NCBI GenBank assembly: GCA_963662795.1
Contig: OY759746.1
Span: forward strand, 576,001 to 640,000
From: Spirochaetia bacterium
GTDB taxonomy: Bacteria > Spirochaetota > Spirochaetia > CADAEX01
DNA: 64,000 nt
Direction: 5' to 3'
Shown here one piece after another: positions 40,749 through 50,313 of the stretch (position 1 is its first letter; each line of letters opens with the position of its first letter). Both the position numbers and the translations under genes were made by a program. Under the pieces are notes generated by a model that was not told where the DNA came from, ran no database searches, and saw nothing but the letters and a program-made list of their open reading frames with translations.

Positions 40749-41135
40749 TCAGGAAAGCCTTTCGGCCCCGCAGTAGACCTCATCCACTTTCATGAAAAAT
40801 GCCGCTTTAGGGGAGAGGTGAGGAAATTTCCCGTGGACCCATTTGACAGTTTCATCAAATCTGGTTCCTTCAGTATAACACTTCATCCTACCCTTGACCT
40901 GATATGCTTTTTTTGTATCCTTGTCGAGGACTACAAATGCCATAACCGGATTTGCATCCAGATTTATCCTTGTCTTGAAAAATTTATTGTCAGCGATTAC
41001 AACTGTATCATCATCGATAACCTTCAGGCATTTTATATAAACAATGTTTGGAATCCCGTTTTTATCCGCAGTCGCTATGCAGATCGGGTCTGTTTTTTCT
41101 ATCGCTGTCTTTACTTCCGGTGTCAGTTTTATCAT
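40749..41135 (-). CDS. Pyridoxamine 5'-phosphate oxidase-like FMN-binding protein
   Basis: IATADKNGIPN, ADNKFFKTRINLDANP, YQVKG; AAGGAGG RBS. Confidence 0.85.
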   Translation of the reverse strand: MIKLTPEVKTAIEKTDPICIATADKNGIPNIVYIKCLKVIDDDTVVIADNKFFKTRINLDANPVMAFVVLDKDTKKAYQVKGRMKCYTEGTRFDETVKWVHGKFPHLSPKAAFFMKVDEVYCGAERLS

Positions 41136-41232
41136 CGATATATCCTCCTTAAATGATTTTTACATATTATCATACACATCCATCTTCAATATAATAATGG
41201 CAGATACTTTTTTTTACAACAAGAGAGGGAAG

Positions 41233-42123
41233 ATGAATAAATCATATCTTTACATGTTTTTCGCCGCGTTATGCTGGTCCGGCGCTTTTATCGCGGGAAA
41301 AATAGGCGGAGCAGAGATAAGCGGACTTGTGATGAGCTTTTACCGGTTTTTGATCGCTGTCATCTGCCTTTTCATCTACGGGAATGTTAAAAAAATATCT
41401 TTCAGAATCGCACCAAAAAATGTTTTAATACTGATGGGTATAGGGATTTTCGGAATGGCAGGATACCATATTCTTTTTTTCGAAGCACTGCACACAATCA
41501 ATGTGCTTGAGGCAAGCGCTATAAACACATTAAACCCTGTCCTGTCCGCCCTGCTCGGATTCATTATTTTCCGCGAGCCCTTAAGCAGAAAAGGACTGCT
41601 ATTTCTGATAACGGCGGCATTCGGGGTGCTTACAATTGTTGTTAAGTGGAATTTTTCACTCCTTTTATCCGGGACAGGGACTGCGGGAACTGTTCTGATG
41701 ATTTCCGCAATGGTTATCCTGGTAATATATTCACTTTTAATCCGTAAATTCGCTGCCGGCATAAAATCCGTAGTATCTTCATTTTATACATTTATGGGAG
41801 CTTCCCTTTTCCTTCTTCCGTTTATCGCCGCCGGGGGGGAATCCCCCGTCACCTGGTCAGGCAATGTCTGGGGTTCAATAGTATTCATGGGAGTTTTCTC
41901 TACTTTTCTGGGCTATACCCTGCAGCAGGAATCCATATCAAAGATAGGTGTATCACGTACCAATTTTTTCATCAATTTTGTCCCGGTTTTTTCCATGTTT
42001 CTCGGAGTGCTTATGCTCGGGGACCAGTTTTATCCGGTTAATATTTTAAGCCTCGCAATAGTAATTGCAGGAATGATCGGATATCTCGGAGAAAAAGAGA
42101 AGCTGGCCGTCAGACAGGGATAG
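41233..42123 (+). CDS. DMT/EamA family transporter
   Basis: About 10 TM helices in two EamA repeats (CWSGAFIAGK...FYRF). Start at ATG 41233 after a GAGG RBS. Confidence 0.88.
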   Translation: MNKSYLYMFFAALCWSGAFIAGKIGGAEISGLVMSFYRFLIAVICLFIYGNVKKISFRIAPKNVLILMGIGIFGMAGYHILFFEALHTINVLEASAINTLNPVLSALLGFIIFREPLSRKGLLFLITAAFGVLTIVVKWNFSLLLSGTGTAGTVLMISAMVILVIYSLLIRKFAAGIKSVVSSFYTFMGASLFLLPFIAAGGESPVTWSGNVWGSIVFMGVFSTFLGYTLQQESISKIGVSRTNFFINFVPVFSMFLGVLMLGDQFYPVNILSLAIVIAGMIGYLGEKEKLAVRQG

Positions 42124-42138
42124 ACAGGCGGTATGTTT

Positions 42139-42810
42139 TCACTCTTCTGATATGTCCTCAAGTTTATTGCGGTCAAGAATATGAATTGCGCGCCCTTTCA
42201 GCTGGAGGATATCCGCTTTAACAAATCTCGCAAACACACGGGAAAGAGTCTCCGGTGTTGTCCCGAGAACCCTCGAGAGCTCTCTCTGGCTAACGGGGAG
42301 TTTTATGTCTTCAGTTTCTCCATCACAGTCCGCCGCGACAAGGATATAGGAGGCAAGCCGCTGGGGGATTTCCTTTAACGCAAGAAACTCGACTGTCCTG
42401 ATACATTCATTCATCCTCATCGCAAGGGCGAAAAAAAGATTAATCAGAAGAGAAGGGGCAGCTTCTGCCGTATTCTCAAGGTTTTTACGCGGGAACATAA
42501 GGACAACACTGTCTTCAAGAGCTACAGCGTTGGCAGGAAAGGGAACGCCTGTAAACAGGGTAAAAAGGCCTATCATCTCTCCGGGTTTATACATCTGTAT
42601 AGTCTGTTCCTTGCCGTTATACGATGATTTAGTCAGCTTTACCCTTCCCTTCCTTAAAAGGAAAAGTGCGCCTGACTCTTCCATTTCTTTTGTAATGTAT
42701 TGCCCGGAGGAATATTTTTTTTCAACTGCAGCACGGTTTAACGCTTCAATCTCCTGATCCGAGAGCCCCTGAAACAGCGCGACAGTGCTGATAAATTCAA
42801 TCCTGTCCAT
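42139..42810 (-). CDS. Crp/Fnr family transcriptional regulator (no FNR Cys cluster)
   Basis: cNMP-binding-like domain and HTH SQRELSRVLGTTPETLSR. Confidence 0.92.
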   Translation of the reverse strand: MDRIEFISTVALFQGLSDQEIEALNRAAVEKKYSSGQYITKEMEESGALFLLRKGRVKLTKSSYNGKEQTIQMYKPGEMIGLFTLFTGVPFPANAVALEDSVVLMFPRKNLENTAEAAPSLLINLFFALAMRMNECIRTVEFLALKEIPQRLASYILVAADCDGETEDIKLPVSQRELSRVLGTTPETLSRVFARFVKADILQLKGRAIHILDRNKLEDISEE

Positions 42811-42953
42811 GTTATCGCCTTTTTGTGATGATCTTCAGTATCCACCTGAGGGCATTTTTTATCAAGTGCCAGCCACATATTACAGGAATGCAGCACCTGC
42901 CGGATTCTAAAAAAAGAGACTTTTTAAAATATTTAAGTGACATTCCGGAAAAA

Positions 42954-42995
42954 TTGATCCAGGTCAATTACAGGACAATTTATCAGGTATAGCTT
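42954..42995 (+). promoter_or_regulatory. Fnr-type box with class II activated promoter geometry
   Basis: TTGAT-CCAG-GTCAA at 42954-42967. TAGCTT at 42990-42995 lies where a -10 is expected if the box is centred at -41.5. Confidence 0.7.
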
Positions 42996-43042
42996 TGAAT
43001 CATATTACCGGATTTCAAACAAAAACATTTAAGGAGATTTTT

Positions 43043-44389
43043 ATGATTAAAGCTGATGTTGTCATATTGGGAGGACTGTCAGGAATTACCGCAGGAATAA
43101 GCTGCAGAAGACACTATCCTGACAAAAAGATAGTTCTTGTCCGAAGGGAAGGGACAGTTCTTGTTCCCTGCGGAATTCCCTATATTTTTGGCACTGTGGG
43201 AGGGCCTGAAAACAATGTTGTGCCTGACGGACTTCTTGAAAACAACAAAATTGACCTTATCAAGGATGAAGCGGTCGATGTGGACAGGGAAAAGAAGATA
43301 GTTACATTAAAGAACGGCGAAACATTAAACTATGAAAAGCTCGTATTTGCCACAGGATCCCTTCCGATTATTCCGCCGATTTCCGGAATTGAAAAAGAGA
43401 ATGTATTTCCCGTTAAAAAGGATTTCGCTTATCTTAAGGACCTTCTCGCGAGAATGGACAATGCAAAGGACATTGTGATAATCGGAGGAGGATTTATCGG
43501 TATGGAATTTGCCGATGAATGCCGCAAGAACAGAAAAGTCAATGTTACAGTAGTGGAAATGCTCGACAGGTGCCTTCAGATGGCAATGGATGATGAATAC
43601 TGCGATGAAGCGCAGAAGAAACTTGAGAACACCGGAGTAAAGGTTCTGACAGGGGAAAGAGTAGTCTCGCTTGAAGGGGGAGATGCTGTTGAATCCGTAC
43701 TTCTAGCAAGCGGGAAAAAAATAAAAGCCGATATTGTAATCCTTGGAATAGGTGCGGTACCGAACAGCAAACTCGCTGAAAAAGCGGGGCTTGAAATAGG
43801 CTTCAGGAAAGCAATCAAGGTTGACCGCTTCATGAGAACCTACAATGACAGCAGTGTTTTCGCATGCGGCGACTGCTGCACGAAAGAATCATTTTTTGAT
43901 GGTAAACCTTCGGGCGTAATGCTTGCTTCTGTCGCTACAGCTGAAGCCAGAATGGCGGGAGCAAACCTTTTTTCCCCGGTTCATCACAACTGCGGAGTAA
44001 TAAGCGTATTTGCTACAGTTATAGATGAAAGGGCTTTCGGCGTAGCCGGAATTGTTGAGAGGACGGCAAGGGATAGCGGAATGAATATTGTTGTCGGCAG
44101 GGCGGAGGCCGCCGATACACACCCCGGAGGAATGCCGAATTCAACCATGCTTAAAGTTAAAATGATATTTGCCAAAGATACAGGCATCCTGGTCGGAGGA
44201 GCTGTTTCAGGCGGCAAATCCACAGGAGAGATGATCAATGTAATCAGCGCCTGTATCCTTCACCGGATGACAGCGGATGATATTGTGAAGTTCCAGATGG
44301 GGACACACCCTGCGCTCACTTCTTCGCCGATAGCCTACCCGATAGTAACAGCCGCCTGCAAGGCAATTATCCCGATCCACAGGGGATAA
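43043..44389 (+). CDS. FAD-dependent pyridine nucleotide-disulfide oxidoreductase (NADH oxidase / CoA-disulfide reductase family)
   Basis: Single redox Cys VPCGIPY, ATGS, IGGGFIGME, FACGDC, THP. Start at ATG 43043 with an AAGGAG RBS. Confidence 0.88.
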   Translation: MIKADVVILGGLSGITAGISCRRHYPDKKIVLVRREGTVLVPCGIPYIFGTVGGPENNVVPDGLLENNKIDLIKDEAVDVDREKKIVTLKNGETLNYEKLVFATGSLPIIPPISGIEKENVFPVKKDFAYLKDLLARMDNAKDIVIIGGGFIGMEFADECRKNRKVNVTVVEMLDRCLQMAMDDEYCDEAQKKLENTGVKVLTGERVVSLEGGDAVESVLLASGKKIKADIVILGIGAVPNSKLAEKAGLEIGFRKAIKVDRFMRTYNDSSVFACGDCCTKESFFDGKPSGVMLASVATAEARMAGANLFSPVHHNCGVISVFATVIDERAFGVAGIVERTARDSGMNIVVGRAEAADTHPGGMPNSTMLKVKMIFAKDTGILVGGAVSGGKSTGEMINVISACILHRMTADDIVKFQMGTHPALTSSPIAYPIVTAACKAIIPIHRG

Positions 44390-44399
44390 TAAAAACAGT

Positions 44400-44426
44400 A
44401 AAGCCGCCTTTACGGCGGCTTTTTAT
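44400..44426 (+). terminator. Rho-independent terminator, possibly bidirectional
   Basis: aaagccgcc-tttac-ggcggcttt followed by T-rich sequence. Confidence 0.85.
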
Positions 44427-44661
44427 TTATGGGCCCACTTGAACTTGAATTTAACCAGCCCTTTAATGTTTCTAATATACAGCTTCATAAAATGATCGCC
44501 ACGCTAAAAGCCAGTCTATCCTGTTGTTTCGATTACAGTATGATCGGGGAAAAAATAAATATTTTTTTATTTTCTTTATTTTCTTTATTTATTATTACCC
44601 TATCCCGCAAGGTATTTAATGCTACAATTCTTATATTTCCAAAATTAGTCGGGAGGTTGTG

Positions 44662-44808
44662 ATGTCATTAAAAACTAATATTCTATCAGGATTAAGTGCC
44701 GGTGCTTTAATTTATCCAGAAGTTATAAAAGGGAATCAAGTTCCGGCAGAATGGATGATAAAGGATACAAGGAATAGTAATAAAATTAAATTCTATTTTG
44801 CAATATAA
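44662..44808 (+). CDS. Putative 48-aa small ORF or gene remnant
   Basis: GGAGG at 44652-44656, then MSLKTNILSGLSAGALIYPEVIKGNQVPAEWMIKDTRNSNKIKFYFAI. Confidence 0.3.
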   Translation: MSLKTNILSGLSAGALIYPEVIKGNQVPAEWMIKDTRNSNKIKFYFAI

Positions 44809-44834
44809 ACTGAACCTTAATCTGGAGAAGGGAC

Positions 44835-46004
44835 ATGAATAAATCAAATATTCTGATTTTAGATGATGAACCTCTAATTAGAGATCTTCTTGAAAATTAT
44901 CTGTCAAATGATTATGAAATATTTCAGGCAGATTCCGGATATAAAGCGCTTGAGATGCTTTCAAATATTAAAATAGATTTAGCTTTTGTTGATATAAATA
45001 TGCCGGCAATGAAAGGAACTGATTTTATTAAAAAAGCAAGAATAAATTATCCTGACATTGCCTATATCATTATTTCCGGTGAAAAAGATATAGATGCCGC
45101 GATTGAAGCTTTACATTCAGGAGTTTTTGACTTTATCAAAAAACCTTTTACTGATTTAAAATATTTAAAAAAAGTAATAAACAACTCATTGGAAAAAAGA
45201 AAGCTTATTACAGAAAACAAAAAATATAAAGAAAATCTCGAATCTCTTGTCGAAAAAAGAACAGCAGAACTGGAGATAAAAAATAAAGAGTTAATACATT
45301 CTCAAAACAGGATAGTAGGTATTTTATCCCGTGCAGCAGAGTATAAGGATTATGAAACTGGTCAGCATTTTATCAGGGTATCCCAATATTCAGGCATTAT
45401 TGCAGAAGCCTTGGGACTTGAGGAAAAAAAGATTGAGATTATCAGACAGGCAGCGCCAGTTCATGATATAGGGAAAATAGGGATCCCGGAAAAATTACTA
45501 TTAAAACAGGGAAAACTGACTGATGAAGAATATTCAGAAATGAAAAATCATTGTATATATGGTGAAGAAATATTAAATAGCCAGTCTCTGGATATCTTTA
45601 TACAAAATAAGCATTTTGATGTTGACAGCATGATATATACTGATGAATTGCTTAATACTGCTGCGGTTATCGCAAAATCGCATCATGAAAGATATAACGG
45701 AAGCGGATATCCGGATAGACTTAAAAAAAATGAAATACCAATTGAAGCAAGAATAGTTTCAGTTGCAGATGTATATGACGCGATAGGAACAGAAAGAGCA
45801 TATAAAAAAGCCTGGGATGAACAAAAATGTCAGGATTATATAAAAAATAACGCTGGAGAACTTTTTGACCCTGTTGTGGTTAATGCTTTTATATCAAATA
45901 TAAATAAAATAACAATGATAAAGCGTGTTTTTAAAGAAGAGCAAAACACATCAAATTCTTACGTGCTCCAAAAACTGGAAAAAGAAATGGCCTTAATTAA
46001 TTAG
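44835..46004 (+). CDS. Response regulator with HD-GYP c-di-GMP phosphodiesterase domain (RpfG-like)
   Basis: Receiver DDE...DINMP...KP; HDIGKIGIP, HHERYNGSGYP, ADVYDA. Confidence 0.93.
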   Translation: MNKSNILILDDEPLIRDLLENYLSNDYEIFQADSGYKALEMLSNIKIDLAFVDINMPAMKGTDFIKKARINYPDIAYIIISGEKDIDAAIEALHSGVFDFIKKPFTDLKYLKKVINNSLEKRKLITENKKYKENLESLVEKRTAELEIKNKELIHSQNRIVGILSRAAEYKDYETGQHFIRVSQYSGIIAEALGLEEKKIEIIRQAAPVHDIGKIGIPEKLLLKQGKLTDEEYSEMKNHCIYGEEILNSQSLDIFIQNKHFDVDSMIYTDELLNTAAVIAKSHHERYNGSGYPDRLKKNEIPIEARIVSVADVYDAIGTERAYKKAWDEQKCQDYIKNNAGELFDPVVVNAFISNINKITMIKRVFKEEQNTSNSYVLQKLEKEMALIN

Positions 46005-46113
46005 ATTAATTATCTTATACTGAGACATAAATCCCTGACGATATATATTTTATTATTATAGAATTTTCAAATACGTTCTGCAGGAAACCTTTAAATAAAA
46101 AACAGGGGAGAAA

Positions 46114-47434
46114 ATGAGTATTACACTGATGAATGAACGGGCATCTGAAATTAACTCAACAACAGAATGTTTATTACACAGGTAAGCTTTTTTATAGTAT
46201 TGGTTCTTATTCTTTCTATTTCAAGTGTCTTTTTTTTTAACAATGAGACATATATAACACATAAAGTTTTATCAGACTTTAATCATGAACTTGAGTTGAT
46301 TGCAAATCAGTTTAATTTCAAGCTCCTAGTGACCGAAGAACAAATCAAGGCAATTACAAGCCGATCAATGATAAAAAAAAGCTTCATGAATTTCACTTAA
46401 ACAATATTTCAATTGATGAAGTAAGGGCCTTTACACAAACAGAATACGCAGACGACACCTCTGTATATGCAAACCTGCTCCATGCAGTCAGATTTGATGC
46501 AAACAATAACATTATTGCATCCTACGGGAACTCCCCGATTAAAATTAAAAAGACAAATGACAAAGAGTTTTTTAATAATGAAAACGGATGTAATATTATT
46601 CTGAGAAATGAAATCATTCATAACAATGAACTAATCGGCTATGATAATGCAGCTTTTCTGCTATGCAATTTTAAAGATCACAAATCACTTTTACTTAAAA
46701 ATATTTCAATAATTAAAAATCCTGTTCAAAATATAAATCGAGTCAAATATTTTTACTCAGTTGCAATCGAAAAAACCAGATATTCATTATATGCAGAATT
46801 AAATCGGGATTAATTAAAATCAGAGTTATTGACTCAGTTAAAATAAATTTTGCTCCAGTCTGCTTTATTAATAATTATAGTCTCAGATTTTACAATTTTA
46901 AAATCAACATTTCACATAATACAGGACTTGAAACAGTCTTCACGGAAAGACCCATTGACCGGCTTGGCAAACAGAAAAGTTTTATGGGAAAAAGCAGCAT
47001 ATTTACTGGAACAATCAAAAAGATACAATTTTAAATTCGCATTACTATATATTGACGTTGACAGCTTCAAAACAATTAATGATACATACGGGCACAAGGC
47101 TGGTGATGATTTATTAATAATGATTGCTTCAAGATTATCAGAAAGTGTGCGCTCAACTGATGAAGTTATAAGAATTGGCGGAGATGAATTTGTTATAATA
47201 ATTTCAAGAATTAATGAGCATGGGGACGGCGGGAAAATAACAGAAAAAATTCTAAACAATTTTTTCAGGATTTTTAAGATCGGATTATATGATTTAAAAA
47301 TAGGGGCAAGCATAGGTATTTCTGTTTCAAAACCTGACAACAAATTAACAGTAGATAAATTATTGTCGGAAGCTGATCTTGCGATGTACGAGATTAAAAG
47401 ATCAGGTAAAAACAGCTTTAAATTTTCCAATTAA
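46114..47434 (+). pseudogene. Disrupted membrane-bound sensor diguanylate cyclase; intact GGDEF remnant at 46850-47434
   Basis: The TM-bearing ORF 46167-46400 can be joined by a frameshift at the A8 run (46373-46380) to a long open frame. That frame is interrupted by TAA at 46811 and 46844, then continues into TM2 and DPLTGLANR...RSTD...GGDEF. Confidence 0.75.
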
Positions 47435-47439
47435 ATAAT

Positions 47440-48039
47440 TTATTTCTGATCATCATTAAATAATATAATTTTAGAATTATTTTCAATGTTTTCCTTCACA
47501 ATATTATCCATATATTTTTTTTCATAAAGCATTAAAAGATTTGTGCTTTTTATAATTTTTCTTACAAGAACTTTCCCTGTTTCGGGGAAAAAGTATATTT
47601 TACGTCCGTAATCTTCTCCTGTATCTCTTGCAATTACCGGAATATTTTCAGCTGCAAGAAATTTAAAAACAAACTCTGTATTTTTTAGCCCGATATGATA
47701 CTTCACGGAAGAATCCGTATAAAGGACATTGCCACCTCCAAAAACTTTAGCAATAAGCTCTCTTTTTTCAACACTTCTTTTCATCAGGCTGTTGATAAGG
47801 AGTTCCATTGCATATACTCCGTATCTCCCAGGGAAACTGTTTTCCAAGAAAACAATTTCAGATGATGCAGGAAGCATAAAATGATTAATACCTCCAATAT
47901 GTTTTTTATTGGAGTAAAGAACAACAGAAACGCACGACCCGAGTATTGTGCATATTACATCTTCCGCGCTTGTATAATACTCTCCCGGGTTAATAAGCAT
48001 AACTTCCCTGTCAATTTTAGAGTTGTAGATTTTTTTCAT
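47440..48039 (-). CDS. cheD: Chemoreceptor glutamine deamidase
   Basis: TILGSCVSV, GGINHFMLP, AKVFGG. Confidence 0.93.
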   Translation of the reverse strand: MKKIYNSKIDREVMLINPGEYYTSAEDVICTILGSCVSVVLYSNKKHIGGINHFMLPASSEIVFLENSFPGRYGVYAMELLINSLMKRSVEKRELIAKVFGGGNVLYTDSSVKYHIGLKNTEFVFKFLAAENIPVIARDTGEDYGRKIYFFPETGKVLVRKIIKSTNLLMLYEKKYMDNIVKENIENNSKIILFNDDQK

Positions 48040-48063
48040 ATTATTTGCTGCAGAGTGCAGACA

Positions 48064-48426
48064 TCAATCCAGTACTTTTTTTACAGTATTGAGCAACCCT
48101 TCATTTGTAAAAGGTTTTACAATCCATCCGGTAGCTCCTGCCGCCTTCCCCTTCTCAAGCATATCATTGGCGCTTTCTGTAGTAAGAACAAGGATGGGAA
48201 CATACCTGGTAGAATCCTGCGCTCTTAATTTTTTAATCAGATCTATTCCATTCATGTTCGGCATATTTATATCTGTTATAACAAGATCTATATTAACGCC
48301 TGATGATTTTGCAACCCCGTCAACCCCGTCAACGCCTTCCAGAACATTGAAACCGTTTTCCTTGAGAAGATAACTGAGACTCATTCTTACTACAGAAGAA
48401 TCATCAACAATCAGTATTGTTTTCAT
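48064..48426 (-). CDS. cheY: Chemotaxis response regulator
   Basis: Single receiver with VDDS, TDINMP, LTTES, GWIVKPF. Confidence 0.92.
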   Translation of the reverse strand: MKTILIVDDSSVVRMSLSYLLKENGFNVLEGVDGVDGVAKSSGVNIDLVITDINMPNMNGIDLIKKLRAQDSTRYVPILVLTTESANDMLEKGKAAGATGWIVKPFTNEGLLNTVKKVLD

Positions 48427-48575
48427 ATTGCACCATCCTATAATTTATGGACCCCTCAAAAAACTGTATTTTCCCCGGGGCAAGGAAGCAAAATACCCTA
48501 AGGCACATTGCATGGGGATAAACCTGTTTACACAGGATTATTCAAAAGTTATTCGATATCACCTTTTATACTTTT

Positions 48576-50312
48576 TCAGAACAACGTTATACTGCTTTCA
48601 GATACACTTTGCTCAAAATTTTCTTCATTCATAATTTTACCTTTATGGCGGAAAATTGTAAATTTATTTAAAAGATTATCAATTTCGCTGCTCTTAGCCA
48701 AAACAGCAAGTCTCTCCTTATCAATCATGTTGTATGATTGATTAATTTCTTCAAGACTCCGGATAATTTCGACTTTCATAATTTTCAGGGACTGTTTCGA
48801 TTCACCGATCAATCCGATATTTTTCTTTATGCTATCATAAATCATCACAAAGGGCCTGTTTATAAAGGTCAGTTTATTTAACAATTCTCTGAAAATATAT
48901 CCTGATTGCTCTGACAATTCAGCAAGTTTTTTAATTTCATTTTTGAAATTTTCAGTAAATAATTTATTATCATTGATAATTTTTCTCAATTCAGTGTCGG
49001 TTGCTTTATTCAGACTATTAAAATTATCATAGATACTTTCAATCTGTTTTGCAGATTCTGAAATAATATCAACTTCCCTTTGAATATCATTTATTGATGT
49101 TTCAACATTTGCTATTGCCGGGTGCCTTGCGATTTCAATCCTTGCCAGAACTATTGTATGATTGAATACCGAAACAGGATCGGTAAATGCAGCTATAAAA
49201 TCATGAAGCTGAGCAAATGCATTTAAAAGCAAATTTTTATGTTTTATTAACTCTGCCTCAAAACCGCATATATTTTCACTTTCCGAAACTACTCCTTCAA
49301 GCGTTGACGACATACCGTTAAGACATCCAATAAGGTTCACCCTTTCTGAATCTGCATTGAACTGCTCTTTTGCGAATCCTTCTTTCTTTTTTTGAAGTTC
49401 TTTAAGAAGAGTTACCATTTTATCAATGTTATCTTTTAAAACTACTTCATCAGTATCAAGCCGGTCAGCAACCTCATCCAGGACAAATACTGATAAATCA
49501 TATATCTTTTTACTTAGATAGGTTACTTCATCAGAACTTCTGTCAGTTTTCAGCTTTTCAAGCTCTTCAAGTGATAGAAGTATATGGTCCATGGACTGTC
49601 TTATAATATCCTGATTCTGAAGTCCCTCGAAAACAGAAAGAACAGCAGGTTTCATTTTCTGTGCTTCATTATAGACTGTCTCAATAAAATCAACAGCAGA
49701 ACTGATTGATTTCTTCAATGCAGAAAAATCACTTGTAAGTGCGCTATTAATAATTGTTGCTATTTTTTTCTGGAGAATCAGTATCCCTTCCGACTTATTT
49801 TTAAGCTTATCAAAATGTTCGTATACTATTCCGCGCTGAGTATTGAGATTCCCTGCCAGATAAAATGTATTTTTTGCGTTTTTCTGGAATCCGTCAGTGA
49901 TGCAGGTAAACCCTCCTCCATGCTTTCCGGCCTGTATTGCAACTACCATCGCATTTAGGGCAAGAAGCTCCATCTGTTCAGCTGATTTAATAATTTCCCC
50001 TATTGGGTGATGCATTTTATTGAGAACTTCAAAACTGTCAAAAATCCTGGACAGGACAGAAACGAACCCTTCAGTGTATTCTTTATGTTCTTTCTGAGCT
50101 TCTGTTACTTTTTTCTCCAGAAGAAATATGACACTGCTCAGACTTTTTTCAGAAGTATTTTCAAGATTATTCCTGAACTCATCTATAACTGTTTCTGATT
50201 CTGACAGGGAACTGTCTACCTCAATTTTTAATTTTTTCAGCAAATCTCCTATTTTGAGATAAGATTCTCCGAGTATATTCTGTGTTTCAATAAGAGATTC
50301 TATGTTTTTCAT
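48576..50312 (-). CDS. Soluble, degenerate MCP-like coiled-coil protein
   Basis: QMELLALNAMVVAIQAGKHGGGF (divergent MCP hairpin), LQNQDIIRQ, C-terminal SITLF; no TM. Confidence 0.7.
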   Translation of the reverse strand: MKNIESLIETQNILGESYLKIGDLLKKLKIEVDSSLSESETVIDEFRNNLENTSEKSLSSVIFLLEKKVTEAQKEHKEYTEGFVSVLSRIFDSFEVLNKMHHPIGEIIKSAEQMELLALNAMVVAIQAGKHGGGFTCITDGFQKNAKNTFYLAGNLNTQRGIVYEHFDKLKNKSEGILILQKKIATIINSALTSDFSALKKSISSAVDFIETVYNEAQKMKPAVLSVFEGLQNQDIIRQSMDHILLSLEELEKLKTDRSSDEVTYLSKKIYDLSVFVLDEVADRLDTDEVVLKDNIDKMVTLLKELQKKKEGFAKEQFNADSERVNLIGCLNGMSSTLEGVVSESENICGFEAELIKHKNLLLNAFAQLHDFIAAFTDPVSVFNHTIVLARIEIARHPAIANVETSINDIQREVDIISESAKQIESIYDNFNSLNKATDTELRKIINDNKLFTENFKNEIKKLAELSEQSGYIFRELLNKLTFINRPFVMIYDSIKKNIGLIGESKQSLKIMKVEIIRSLEEINQSYNMIDKERLAVLAKSSEIDNLLNKFTIFRHKGKIMNEENFEQSVSESSITLF

Positions 50313-50313
50313 A

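Noticed and set aside
41044-41232. N-terminal extension of the DMT transporter in the ORF track
   Set aside because: Overlaps the divergent FMN-binding gene; ATG 41233 has an RBS and gives a normal EamA length.
44541-44570. Second sigma28-like element on the minus strand resembling the one at 61422-61448
   Set aside because: Spacing does not fit and no credible downstream gene with an RBS was found.
44429-44662. 77-aa ORF from the track
   Set aside because: Starts at the terminator tail, has no RBS and is low-complexity AT-rich sequence.
46373-46380. Phase variation or programmed frameshift at the A8 run
   Set aside because: Two further in-frame stops downstream would still prevent a full-length protein.
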